This document shows, in pieces, positions 1 through 15,300 of a stretch of DNA of 64,000 nt. The stretch is from positions 52,886,001 to 52,950,000 of the forward strand of contig OZ024749.1 in NCBI GenBank assembly GCA_964016885.1, read 5' to 3'. This DNA comes from Eledone cirrhosa. Its lineage: Eukaryota. The notes beneath the pieces were generated by a model, which saw only the letters and a list, made by a program, of their open reading frames with translations, was not told the DNA's origin and ran no database searches. Numbering within the stretch: position 1 is the stretch's first letter; every line of letters starts with the position of its first letter. The position numbers and the translations under genes are program-made.

Positions 1-3000
1 TTTAGTGATGATAGAGAAAATCTGGGAACGAGCCTGGAATGTCAAAAATATAACATTTTAAACAATGATTGACTCAAGAAACATCTAGAAAATTCCATCG
101 TTTTATATATTATGTATACAGTAGCTACTTTATAGTTTAGTTTGAAGTGAATTTCTGTTAACATGTTCAACATAACTTGTTTATCTGATTCCACTAAATA
201 ACAAAAGTTTTATGGAAGTAGAAAGTCCAGTAATTTGAGGAGAAAAATGGAGAGGAAATCAGGAAGAATCCAGTGAAGAGATCCAATGAATTATATGGCT
301 CTTGAACTTGGAATATGATACTAGAAACAGTCAAATTTTTAAAGATTAGCACCAGTATTAACATACCAAAGGGGAAAGGAAGAATTATGGATGAATAGAT
401 ACCAGGGGATGGCAGAAAAGAGGTCAGATGGTATTATGGAATGGAGGGGAAGAAGTTTGGTGGAATGTACAGCAATAGCAAGAGACAGGAAAAGATGGAG
501 AGTGTTGGTACATTAGTCTACGACCCCTGACCCTCAGTTATGAGGATGGGATGAGAAGAAGAAATACTATATAACTCCCCACCTCCACAGAAAGTTGTTG
601 AAAGTGAACTTACATGAAAAGATGGCAGTGGAAAGTGGAATTCTCTGTCGAATCTTCCGGGACGTCTCAAGGCCGGATCAATAGCGTCAAGACGATTAGT
701 AGCACCGATGATAACTATCTCATCCCGGCTATCTAAGCCATCCATTAAAGCAAGCAGAGTGGAGACAATGGAGCTATGAATTTGGTCCTGCCGACTTGAC
801 CGAACTGGAGCAAGACCATCAATTTCATCAAAAAATATTATAGATGGTCGAGTTTGGTAGGCCTATTTATTGGAAGAAAACAAAATTTCGATTGTAAGTA
901 AATAAAAATAAAACATTAAATTTAAAAGAACTAACCCCCCTCCCCCAAAAAAACCTCCAAGTTTGAAAATATTTCATAAAAAAATTTTAAAATTATTTTT
1001 CTTAACTGTCAAATACTTTAAGTATTTTAAATTATATAAAGTACTAACAAAATGATAAAAAGATAATTAAAAAACTAAAAAAAAATTGATAAAAATGTAG
1101 TTTGCTTTGGAGGATTGTGTGTGTGTGTATACACACACACACATTATAGATAGATATATATATATGTAATGTAGAAAGTGATATATGTAAGAAAGCTAGA
1201 GTAATACAAAACAGACGATAAAATGAAGGCAAGGAAAAAGTTATCTGGTAATCTTTGTTGCGTTTTCATCTTAATATTTTGGGACTTAAAATTTCCATTT
1301 GTCAAAATATAAGGAACACTCAGAGGAGAAAAAAAGGGTTGATAAAGGTGTATACTAACCTGATCAAATAATAACCTTAGTTGACGTTCAGACTCTCCAA
1401 CCCATTTACTGAGACAGTCAGCACCTTTACGCATGTAGAAAGCCACTCTTCGATCATTTGTGCTACATTCATTAGTTAAAGCTCGGGCTACCAATGTCTT
1501 TCCAGTACCTAGAATGAAAATTATAATGTATGTAAGGACCAGTAACTTTGGGTGGAATTATAGCTAGGGCTCTATATATATATATATATATAGTATGTAT
1601 TGAGCATTTTAAACCTAGCATAGCCCATCCACTCTACAATACAGACAATTTCTTCCAGAGAAGCAGAGAGAAATGCACCCACTACACACTGTAAAGTGGT
1701 TGGTGATAGGAAGGGCTTCCAACAAGGAGGACCCTCAGTTGTGCCAAAGACACGACACCCTCTCCTGTGCACTCAGTAGAACATGAGACCGTACATAAGC
1801 GAAGCGTCAGATACCTGGCTTGTCTAGGAAAGCAGTAGCCTTGGCTTCAGTACTGACAGATGTTAAAGTGATGATGATGATATAGAGGAAGAATTGACCC
1901 CCAGTACTTTATAATTAGAAGTAAAAAACATTAAAAAGTAGAGAAGTTCAATGTAAACTGGTAAATAACTGACCTGGTGGACCATAAAAAAGAACTCCTC
2001 GAGGTGGAGATATTCTGAATTGTTCAAAGACTTCTGGATAGAGAAGTGGGAAGACAATCATTTCTTTCAAGGCACTGATGTGCTTCCCTAAACCACCAAT
2101 ACTTTTGAAGTTAATCTGCAGCAAATAATCAAATAATAAAGAATTAACAAATAAATAGAAAACACTCAAGATTTAACTGGGTCAAAATATAAACAAAAGA
2201 TTCGTTTTTAAGGGGAGGGGGGGGGGGGGTATTTAAATATTTAGCTAAACAACAAAGAATCGGTGGACAGATTTTATGGGCAAAACCAACCAGTAGGAAA
2301 CCCAGAGATAGACCTCAAACAAGATGGTTGGACAACATTGATGGGCTTGGCTGGTCTCCCTTGGGGGATCCAGCTGGATCATTTGGTGACCGTTGCTTCT
2401 GACAGGACCCACTGGAAGGAGTGTTTGAGGACTCTGCCCCCCATGACCCTCTCAGGAATAAATGGACGTAGAAGAAACTAAACAATACGAAAGATATTTT
2501 ACCATTTTATCAATTGACATTGGATCAACATCGGCCAAACTAGCTCCAATTCTTAAACGGTCCCTCACAAGTGAATTTGCAACATCTTCATGGCCATAAT
2601 TCATTGGCAAACACCTGTAACAGGTAAAAAAATATAGGTATGAGCAATTAAATAGTTCCATCAATCCTTTTCATTTAAATCAGTTTTATACAAAATCCAA
2701 GAAAATTAACATTGTTATTTTATCCCGTATTTTATCATCATCATCACTGTGTTGGCATGGGTTGGACGCGAATTTTTGAGGCAATGTGTTACAGCCAGAT
2801 GTCCTTTACACCAACACTTTTAGTCACTTCTTACAACATACAGGGATATTGTGCACCTATTCTAAACTAGATACACTCAGTTCACCCTGTAAAGGGGGGG
2901 AGGGGGGTCATGCTGGTGACATGACAGGAAAGCACCCAGTCCACCCTATTACATAGTTGTTTTGGTACCATGATAAAAAGCACCCAGTCCACACTGAAAG

Positions 3001-3120
3001 GGCACTCAGCCGTAGAAACCAAGCCAAAATACAGATCCGTATGAACAAGATGTCGTCTCCTGACATGACAACCCACCTAACCCATGCAAGCATGGAAATT
3101 GACATTAAATGATAATAATA

Positions 3121-3154
<34 letters not shown>

Positions 3155-4148
3155 CAGCCTCTGTAAATTAATAACAAAAAAGGAAAGTATCTCTCCAACA
3201 ACATTTCATCTTCAGAAAATAGGAAAACTATTTTGGGAAAGTTGTTACCTATTACGGGCGCGAGTCATACTCTTGGCTTTCCTTCTCTCAAATCTTCGTT
3301 CATCATCACTTGAATCACTGCTAGATGATGTAGAAGAGCTGCCGTGAAATGCTGTTCGTCTTCTAAACAAACATAAAACCAAATTTTAAATATTTAGTGG
3401 AAAGCAAATTATTTTCATTGATAGAAAATTTTAAATCAGAAATTACTAATATATATTTTCTAATATAAAACTGAAAACAATTTTTGAGTATCAAAATTAT
3501 TTTTATGAAATAAGTAAAATGTTTAATAGTTTTGATATCAAACCACCACTCTTAGTTCTACAATACAAAGATGTATATTTTAAAACCTTCCACCGCAATT
3601 CTATATAAGAACCTTTGTTAAGTTATATTCCAAACACCATTACCTGGTACTTTAAGTAAGTATCTGCCTTAAGGGGTCACTATTAATAACAATAATAATA
3701 ATTGTTTCTACTTTTGACACAAGGCCAGCAATTATCCCAGTACATTACTGGTACTTTATTTTATCGACCCCGTAAGGATGAAAGGCAAAGTTAACCTTGG
3801 CGGGATTTGAACTCAGACCGCAAAGGGACGTAACTATGCTGGAAAGCATGGCGTCCAACCCTCTACCAATACTGCCAATCCACCGCCCTTAACAATAATA
3901 ATAATGATATAAGTTAACTTACCGTATGCTGCCATTTCTGTGTGCAGGAGATCTGTAAGATGTGTGGTTTCCGTGAGATGAACTTGCAGCGGTGTCGCAG
4001 TAGGGAAGATTTTTATTTCGTTTCTTAAGAGAGTCTAAAAAGTCAGCAGAAAAACTAAATATTACAACAAATTTATTTATATTATATTGTTTTGTTTTTT
4101 ACACTTCTACATTCATATTTCAAGCTAACATGTAGGATAGCTTTGTAA

Positions 4149-4182
<34 letters not shown>

Positions 4183-4513
4183 AAATAAAACAAGGACGAG
4201 TGGTTACTCCATTACGTTTATTGGTTGATGACGCACGTTTCAGGCCCCTTATAATGGTAATGAAAAAATCCTTTTAAGGGGTCTGACAAGCCGTGGATTA
4301 CAGAGTCAGGCTAGATCGATACAGATCGAACCTTGAGCTGATCAGTGGCGAAACATGCGTCACCAACCAATAAACGTAATGAAGCAGTAACCATACATCC
4401 TCGTTTTATTTTACTATAATACGCCGTCTAGTTCCACACCTCGACACAGAAGTGAAGCAAAACATTGAGTGCTCACCCGGGTGAACCTACAGTAACTCCA
4501 AATTACACTCCCT

Positions 4514-4570
<57 letters not shown>

Positions 4571-7500
4571 CATATATATATTCGTTTCTTTAATAGCAAG
4601 TGATTTTGTTTTCTTTTTGTTGTCAGTGCAATCAGTGAATCCTGCAAACCTCTCAACTGAGAAAGTATGCTGAGTCATTAGGTTGTAGAATTAAAAACTT
4701 CAGTATTCCTTCTCGCTCACTGTGTTGTGAGTTCAAATCCAACAGAAGTTAACTTTGCCTTTCATCTTTTCGAGATTGATAAAATAAGGGAAGGTAGCAG
4801 TCCAGGGTGGGTGGGTATGAAGTTGTCAAAGAATCTGATGGGATGCTTTGTGGTATCTGGTCTGGCTTTGTGAGATATAAATCTCAAATCCCACCAACTC
4901 CTTCTGACAGGAATTGCAACTGGTAGATAGTTTCAGCAATGGAAAGACTAATAGACATATTGTTTCCTTGGTCAGATCTGATGATGAACTCCTTTCTTCT
5001 GTCAGGAGTTGTGACCGGTAGATATCAGCAATGGAAAAACCAATGGAAACATTGTTCTCCTGGTCCAATATAGCAACTGGCTCCTGTCTTTTCCTTTCTT
5101 TTAAAGCAATTTTTAAAACATTTTACTACTGAATACTGTTTACCACACAGGAAGAAAATGAAGACTTATTTTCAGTAAAAGGAAGAGCAATGTATCTTAC
5201 TTAGGAACATTATATATTAGCTGTAAACAAGGTTTGAACTCATAAACATTTGGTCAATAGTCCAACACCTTAACTTCAATAATAGAGCTAAAATATAGAA
5301 ATATAATATGTAATATTTTAACAAATCACTTCCACACCTACTCAAAAGTCAAAGACTGATATTAAATGATTAGCATGGTATTTCAAAACTGGATTTCATT
5401 ATTAACATCAAAGAAATCACCTTGTGTTTATATCAGAAACCATTTTACATCAAACAATGATAAAATCATAAAGAAACAAAATCCCAGGACATAACATTTT
5501 TTTTTTAAATAAAAAATGTGTCAATACAAGAAATATCCACTATTTTATGCTGATATAAAATCACACTGATGAAGATAAATTAGGAAAATTTTAATTATTA
5601 AGATTAGATTATTCAACAAATTCTGTGTTTGTGTTGTTTTTTAATATAGATTTATTTTTATCATAGGAAAAAAAAATTATTAAAATAGGGTGAGTCTAAA
5701 TCCCGTTTACTAACCTATAGGCGGGGCTTCAAATAATTTTGTACGTGGTTTGTGCTCCCGTAAGTAATATGAGCGTCGGGGTGGTGGTGGTTGCTGTAGT
5801 CCACTGTCATCATCTACATCATCATCATCATCATCATCATCATCAACTTCGCCATCCACATCTCCCTGGTTGTCTTGACACTCATCAAAATCTAATAACA
5901 TTAATATACATATAACTCCATAAACACTATCAGTAGGAGAAACAAAACAAAACATTTTCATTAAATATGAACTGGTAAATAATTTTATAAACAAAGAATT
6001 TTCATTAAAACTATTTTAGATAACCTTCTTCATTTGAAAACAAAATAATCCATTTTTTTTTTCTTTTCTTTTTTTTTAAAATAAAGTTTATCTTCACTTA
6101 AAAATATAAATCAAATAAAAAACAGAAAATTGAGAGGAAAAAAATGTTAAATAAAGTAGAAAAAAAGAAATTAAGTAAACTTTGTTAGTTAATAAATTGA
6201 AATGTTATGCACAGCAAGAGAAAAAAAGGATTCGAAACTGAGGAATACCAATAATTATGAGTCTCACTTGAAAAAGTCTGGATGGTGAGGTGAAGTGGAA
6301 TATTCAAACTGAGGAATACCATTAATTTATGAGTCTCACTTGATAAAGCCTGGACGGTGAGGTGAATATTACAATCCATCACTAACTGAAGCCATTAACA
6401 GCAAAAGGTCAGTAGTTGGAGACACCCAGAATATATAATTCTTATTGAGAGACTTCTCTTGCAGATTGCTTCATACTAGCTGGGTTTGGCAACTGCTTTA
6501 TATAAATAGCCGGCTTCCACTTCTAATGGATGCTGGGAACACGAACATAATCACCAATGATCAAAGCGTGACCCGTCTTCTAAAAACAGCACAGCTACAG
6601 TATAGTAAAGTTCAAATAATTAATAGATCATTAAAACTTCAATAAATTAAATTAACTCCAATTAACTAACAATAACAAATATTTGAGCCAAGGCAATAAA
6701 ATATGCAGATAAGATAATATATATATCTTTTTATAGTAAAATTTTCCTACTAGGGGACATTTAGAAAAAAAAAATCAACAAAACTACTGAATATTTCTCA
6801 CCATCAATATTTTGTCTGGTGCTGTGCATTCCATTTAAAACCGTTGTGAACTTACGCTGTGCACGATTTCTTTTGACACGACTGTACATATCTGTAAACT
6901 CCTGAAAATAAAGTGATTTATTTCTGTTGGTATACAGGAAGAAGATTTCAACATTAAATGTCACTACTTATACAAGAAGAAGATTTCAACATTATGGAAA
7001 GAGATTTCAACATTATATTGTAACATTGAAGGGTTTTAAACCTTTTTGTTATCACATTTTAAAAATGAAATGCACTGTTTTAATTAATTTTGAAATATTC
7101 AAGAATTAAGAAAAGGGTTTTTCATGAAGGGTTTTAATCAATTTTCTGCTGTAAGACTAAAGGGGATTTAAACGTCTATTTTATGATATCTAAAATCAGG
7201 AATCTTACCAAAGAATCATCAATCTCCTCGACATTGGCTCTCTTACGTTTTGGTGATTCATTATTACTATGATCGTCTTCCAGAGAAATGTTATTGGAAT
7301 CATTAATATTAGAAGTTAGAAACAGCAAAGATCGTTTGCGTGTCGATCTTCTGGTTGGCAGAGGTGGTTTACGGCCTCTTTTCTCGGACAACTTTTTCAT
7401 CCCCTTTCTCTGTACCTTCATATGGATTTTGCTGATGTTTTTATCAGAAAACTCCAAATCTATAGAAATAAATAAAATAAATATTTTTAAATAAGTATCT

Positions 7501-10500
7501 TTTTTTGTTGTTTTTGTTCGTGTCTTGCAATAAATTCTAACATTGGATTAATGCTTCTTGTAAAAAAAAAAAAAACCCACAGAAATAATTTTACTTGTAT
7601 TAAATGAATAACTTCAGATGTGAAAATTACAAATTATTTCTAAGATTGTGGGGGGAAAAGTTAATTACATCAACCCCAATACTTAACTGGTACTAAATAT
7701 CAACTCCAGTACATGACTGGTATTTCATACTCCCACCCCCAAATATATAACTGGTACTAAGTATGAACTCCAGTATATGACTGATACGTCAACCCCCCCC
7801 CCATATATGACTGATATTATACATCAACCCCAGTACTTCACATTTCTCCAATATATAACTGGTACTATATATCAATCCCAATATGTAACTGGTACTATAT
7901 ATCAACACCAGTATATCACTACTACTTTATCATATCAACCAATTCAAGTTAATAAATGTTTACTAACCTTCTTCAAAATCATCACTGCTACCACCAGAAA
8001 CAATTTTTCTTCTCCTGTTAAAAAGAATGTGAAATTCAGTACAATAACAGTTATATAATTGAAATATAAGTTATGTCATTGAAATATCATATAAGTCACA
8101 CCATCGAAATTTAATATAACTGAAATATAATAAAACAGTTATATCATTGAAATTTCATATAGCTGTATCACCCGATAGCTAGTGTGTGTGTGTGACAGCT
8201 CACACCTATGCAGGTTTAGCTGGCCTCCTCCAAGGTATATCTCGGAGGTGTTTTGGGTCATTTAATGATAGGCACCCCAATCTATCATCTCATTTCTACA
8301 GCCGAGTAAACTGGAGCAACGTGAAATAAAGGAATCAATACATCACCCGGTCCAAGAATTGAACTTACCTTTCAATTGCAAGCCCAATGCTCTAACCACT
8401 AAGCCATCAGCTTTCACCCGATAGCTGCAGACTATAGTAAATGGAACTCACCTGATAGCAAGAGACTATAGTAAATGGAACTCACCTGATACCTGGAGAC
8501 TTTTTCAAGTTATTCCTCTGGTTAGTTGTTGGGGAATCATCAGTAGAACTTTGGCTTTTTCTTTTAATGGAAATATTGGACTTTATTGGAAGAGAAATAG
8601 AGAAAAGACACATAAAAATGTTGGGAAACAACAGCAACAACAAAATTAAACAACATTGCTATTAACCCTTTCAATACCAACTTGACCAAATCCACCTCTG
8701 ATTCTACAGAACAAAGTCAACCATTTTAACCCATTAGTATTTAAACCTGCCACATCCAGCCAGAATTCTCTCACCACTTTCTGTTCAAACTGGCCGTAAC
8801 TAGCTACTCATATTGATGTTAAGGTATTATTCTCAAAATAAATAACATCAAAATCTCGTGGATTCGATATTATGTGAGATAAAGCCTTTACTGCGAAAAT
8901 ACAATAGTATATCCGAGTAATGTAAATGTTATGTGAGATTATGTGAGGTAAAGCCTTCACTGCGAAAATATAATAGTATATATAGAGTAATGTAAATGTT
9001 ATGTGAGATATTATGTGAGGTAAAGCCTTTACTGCGAAAATACAATAGTATATCTTGAGTAATGTAAATGTTATGGGAGATATTATGTGAGGTAAAGCCT
9101 TTACTGCGAAAATACAATAGTATATCTTGAGTAATGTAAATGTTATGGGAGATATTATGTGAGGTAAAGCCTTTACTGTGAAAATACAATAGTATATCTT
9201 GAGTAATGTAAATGTTATATGAGATATTATGTGAGGTAAAGCCTTTACTGTGAAAATATAATAGTATATATAGAGTAATGTAAATGTTATGGGAGATATT
9301 ATGTGAGGTAAAGCCTTTACTGTGAAAATACAATAGTATATCTTGAGTAATGTAAATGTTATGAGAGATATTATGTGAGGTAAAGCCTTTACTGTGAAAA
9401 TATAATAGTATATATAGAGTAATGTAAATGTTATGGGAGATATTATGTGAGGTAAAGCCTTTACTGTGGAGACACAATAGTAAATCTAGAGTAATGTAAA
9501 TGGTATGAGAGATATTATGTGAGGTAAAGCCTTTACTGTGAAAATATAATAGTATATATATAGAGTAATGTAAATGTTATGGGAGATATTATGTGAGGTA
9601 AAGCTTTTACTGCGAAAATACAATAGTATATCTTGAGTAATGTAAATGTTATATGAGATATTATGTGAGGTAAAGCCTTTACTGTGAAAATATAATAGTA
9701 TATATAGAGTAATGTAAATGTTATGTGAGATACTATGTGAGGTAAAGCCTTTACTGTGAAAATACAATAGTATATATAGAGTAATGTAAATGTTATGGGA
9801 GATATTATGTGGAGTAAAGCCTTTACTGTGAAAATACAATAGTATATATAGAGTAATGTAAATGTTATGGGAGATATTATGTGAGGTAAAGCCTTTACTG
9901 TGAAAATACAATAGTATATATAGAGTAATGTAGATATTATGTGAGGTAAAGCCTTTACAGTGAAAATACAATAGTATATATAGAGTAATGTAAATGTTAT
10001 GTGAGATATTATGTGAGGTAAAGCCTTTACCACGAAAATACAATAGTATATATAGAGTAATGTAAATGTTATGAGAGATATTATGTGAGGTAAAGCCTTT
10101 ATTGTGAAAATACAATAGTATATATAGAGTAATGTAAATGTTAAAGGGTGAAATGGTTCTGATATAAAATTCAAATCTAACAGTTTTATATAAGAATCTT
10201 TTGATATGTTTAAAAATGTCATCTCATCTTAATAGTTGAAATAATTTTAGGTAACCTATGGAATATAAGCCAACCCTACTATTTTATGTCTGAGAAATGG
10301 GCAAAAATCGAAACCTTTATTTATGTGGAATTTGAAGTAGGTTAAAATTGTCAAAAATATTGGACCCCCACCCCAAATATAAGCCGACGCCCTTCTACTA
10401 CCATAGGTTTTATGGTCACATACTCCTTGATTTATATTCGTGTATATCTGGTAAATCCTCCCAAAATTCTTCAGTAATTATTATTAAGCTGGTGTTTGGA

Positions 10501-13500
10501 ACAAAGGTTCTTGCATAAAATTATGATGGAAGGTTCTTACAAACACTTTAAAACTATATAGCTTAGTATCATCATAGCCCCATGATGGTTTGTTGTTTAA
10601 AGGGGTTATGTTTTTAAACACATGGAGCGTCAGACAAAATACCTTTTGCAGTATTTTTTCTGGCACTTCCTGTTCTGAGTTAAAATCCTGCTGAGGACAT
10701 CTTAGCTTTTCATCATTTTGAGGTCAATAAAAAAAAAAAGTACCAGTCAAACTGGGGTCAATCAAATCGTTGATCGTGTGCCTAAATTAGAAATTATCAA
10801 AACCACTAACGAATCAGACGAAATGTTTTCTGGTATTTGTACTGACACTAATGTGCAGGAGAGGAGACTGCACTGGTTTGGACATGTGATGTGCATGGAA
10901 GGAGGTTACAATGGAGGAAGACCAAGGAATATCTGGATGAAAGTGGTGAGAGCTGATCTCAGATTGCTGAAGCTCATGGAGAAGATGACAGAGGAACGTG
11001 ACAAATAAAGAGATGTTGTACTGAGAAGGACCTGTCCAACCCATGCAAGTGTGGAACAACAGACATATGATGATGATGATGACTATGTTCTTAGTCCAAG
11101 CCATGCTGAAGTCAACTTTGTTGTTCATCTTTACAGGGTCAATAAAATTAAGCATCAGTCAAGTACCGGGTCAATTTAACCCTTTAACATTTAAACCAGC
11201 CATAACCGGCCAGAATTCTATCACCCCTTTCTGTTCAAACCAGCTGTAACCGGCCACTTATACTGAGATACAGGTATTGTTCTCAAAATAAATAATATCA
11301 AAATCTCATAATTTCAATATAATTGTTTCTACTTTAGGCACAAGGCCAGCAATTACCCAGTACATTACTGGTACTTTATTTTATCGACCCCGTAAGGATG
11401 AAAGGCAAAGTTAACCTCGGCAGGATTTGAACTCAGATCGTAAGGGGACGTAACTCTATGCTGGAAAGCGTGTCCGACCCTCTACCGATACTGCCAATCC
11501 ACCGATTATATAAGATAAAGCCTTCACCACAAAATTACAATAGTAAATATAGAGTAATGTAAATGTTAAAGGGTTAATTTTCCCCAAATTTCTTGCCATG
11601 TGTCTATGGTAAACAATTACTTCAAACAACAAAGTTCCCCCAAACAAACCATTAGTGTTTCCTATTCATTCAAAGAGAAAGTACTTCAGACAAGACAAAT
11701 TCAATTACGATATCATCATGCAAATATTCTATCTGGAATCTTTAATCTGTAAAATTGATCTTGGAGATATATGAAGCGTGAACATCTTATCTTCAATAAA
11801 TGGCAGTAATAAATCTTTATTGCATGAAATATAAAACTCTGGAGATATATATATCTTGCTCGCTCTTTGCCATTTGAATTAATCCAGCAAGCTAATATCT
11901 AGACCTAGCAATACTGTTGGATTAAATATATATATAACTTCTACAGGAATAGTAGAACTGTTTCATTTGTATGAAATCATCAGGAATAATTCCTGATGAT
12001 TGCATACAAATGAAACAGTTCTAGTCCTTTAGAAGCCATTTCTAAATAACACCCCACTCTTTCGCTCTCGCTGTGTTGGGGACACAATCAGGTTGTTGTG
12101 GGTTTGAATAGTGGACCACAGCTAATTATTTTTTATTATAACCCTCTTGTCAAATGTATTAACTACACTACTTATTTCTAAAGTTATTTTCAAATATATA
12201 CATACATACATATATTAGTGGTAATATACAGGTAACCGAGTCTCCAGGTAACATACAGATAAGCCTGCAGGTAACAACAAAGAAGCTATAGCTACTTTTC
12301 TACATTTACAGATAATTAAAAAAGATATACACCAGAACACCTTTCTAGTGATATACAATCTGTTTCAATTAATTAAGGAAGAATTTTGTGGGATTTACTA
12401 AAATAATCGTCTTTGGTGTAAACTAAGCCAGTCCTGTGCTTATCTGTGTCTTGAAATATGGTGTGACTTGATCCAAACTGACTGAAGACAGCCAGATTCT
12501 TTTAGGAATATGGTGAGATAAGAAATGTGATTAATGAATAAAAGGTTAAATTGATATTTGTTTGTGTCTTTATTGTATCATATACAGAATAGAATGTAGT
12601 TTTACATAAATGTGTATATATATATATATAACTCATGCTAGCATGGAAGATAGACATTAAACAATGATAATATATATATATATATATAGGCCTGTCCCTC
12701 CTCATAACAGTGCCATCCAGTTCCACACTGTAAATGTGGTTGGTCTTAGGATGGGCATCCAGCTGTAAAAACCCCTGGCCAAATTTAGAATCCCGTCAGA
12801 GCAAGGTACAGCGTGGCCAATCCTGGCCAGACTTGTCTCTAGACATGGATGACCCATGGATGACCCATCTGGCCCATGCAAGCATGGAAAAATGGACATT
12901 AAACTATGATGATGATGATATATATATATATATATATTTACAGTAATGTAGGATGTAACAATTTCTTTCTACAAAACTTATGTAATTAAGCAAATAGGAT
13001 TGTTAAACAGCTATATCTTAAGATACTATAAACATTTGAATTAAACCTGGTTTTAGATATTTTCTGTTAAATCATTAGAGGAGGCTAAGAGTTAAAATTT
13101 GGTGTTGATTTTTCTGCATGAGAAAGAAAGGCCCCAACAGGCAGGCATTTCCAGAAAAGTGCAGCTTCATCAACATTGTGTACTTGACCTGACATGTGGC
13201 TTCCTTCAACTTCACTGGTTATTTTAAGGTGGCGTAAAATAATTGTTTCTGATTTAGGCACAAGATCAACAATTTAGGGAGGAGGAGAAAGTTGATTAAA
13301 TCAACCCCAGTGTGTTACTGGTACTTTATTTTATTGACCCCGTATGGATGAAAGGCAAAGCTAACCTCAAAAGGCCATAACTATATGCCACAAAACGTTG
13401 TCCGACACTCTTTCGATACTGTCGATTCAATATCCTAATTTGGGGTAAATTACAGTATTTCTTCAACCTTTCAAAGCCAGGAAAGTTTTTGCATTAAAAA

Positions 13501-14740
13501 CTTCACACTTTCCATTTCATACAAACTTAACTTTCCCTTGTATGTCCAATATGTGATTATCACAGAATCTGACTGTGATTGTTAATCCAAACACACTCAA
13601 GAGCCTTTCCATATTAATCACATCAGATCTACATATGAAAATATATCTGAGCAGTTAACCTGTTTGATACCAACCTGCTCAAAACCATCTCTGGCTCTAA
13701 TGAAACAAATCAACCCATTTTCAAATTCAAATTTTCGAACATAATTTGACATAAGAAACTTTTGTTAAATTATATTCAAAATACCAACTTAATAATAAAA
13801 TAAGTATTTAAGTAAATCTTTCCAAATTCTTCTTCTTTGCCCACATATTCCTTGGAGGGTTGTGAGGGCAAAGTCCTCAAGTATCTTCTTCCAGCGGGTC
13901 CTGTCAGCAGAAACTGTCCCTAATTGATCTGGATGTATCCCCAAGTAAGACCAGCCAAACTCATGGATGTTAGCCAACTCTATACAACAAACCATGTCCG
14001 ATGCTCTACCAATTATATTGCCAATCCATCCTAGGACATCTAAATAATTTCTTTATCAATTATTTCTATGGTACCTTCCAAGGATTGGAAAAGGTAGCTG
14101 AATTTTTTTCCCCATCAAACTTTGTAAACTATCAATATTAACAATGGAATGTAATTAATCCCTTTTACAGAACCTTTTGATGGAGCCTCCCAAGTCATTT
14201 GAAATAATGACTCACGTGGTTTAAGGTTCAATTGCTGTGTGACACCTTAAGCAAGTATCTTCCTTCTACTATAGCATCACGATTCACTAATGATTTGGGA
14301 GTGGAATCTAGTAGATATATGACTTCTACAGGACTAGAACCGTTTCATTTATAAGAAATCATCAAGAAGGAAAACTTTCTCATAAATGAAACGGTTCTAG
14401 TCCTGTAGAATTCATTTATATAATTGTTTCTACTTTTGGCACAAGGCCAGCAATTATCCAGTGTATTACTGGTACTTCATTTATATAATAAAATAAATAT
14501 TAGACCAATACTCTATTAACGTATTGAGTACCTTTTTTAACAGTGGTCGACTCCAGACGGACGACTGAACAGGGATTTCGAGACTAGAAATAGGTAGTAA
14601 CTGAACCACTACCATGCTAGTTGATATATCGATCTCCATAGATCAATCGACCCTCTGAAACGATCGTAAAACAATGAACTATCTACTTACACATACATAT
14701 ATTTATATGTGGGTGCGTATGTATGTGTGTATATATATAT

Positions 14741-14781
<41 letters not shown>

Positions 14782-15262
14782 TATACAGAGAGAGAGAGAG
14801 AGAGATGATAACGCGTGTGTGTGTGTGTATATATATATATATATTTATAACTAAATAGCTCTGTAGCTTACATAGAGCACTCTCCTTTCCTTTACCCTTC
14901 CTACGGAAATATTTTATATATATATATATAATGTCTTAGACAAAATGGGGTCGCTAGACTATATAATAACTACCATATTTGATTACAATACATGAGGTGG
15001 TGTCGTTGTGATCCAGTATATCCAGATCAAGGCGGTGCCACAACATGGCTACATTGAAACCAGCCAAAGAAAGGCGGTGGTGCTGCTGGACATATTTTGT
15101 TGTTTACAAACAAAAGAAAAGAGTTCTCAATATATTTATTAGGAATCAGTTAAAGATCCACTCCATTTATTATCATGTATACAGAAAAGATGTAGAAATT
15201 TATGTATACACACTTCAACAGCATTCTAATAAATATGTATACACATTTTTTAGGACACCCTG

Positions 15263-15300
<38 letters not shown>

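Noticed and set aside
8929-10222. Long ORFs with a 24-aa repeat ([18 protein letters not shown]...)
   Set aside because: Artefact of the 72-bp MITE-derived array; several frames are open and there is no splice context.
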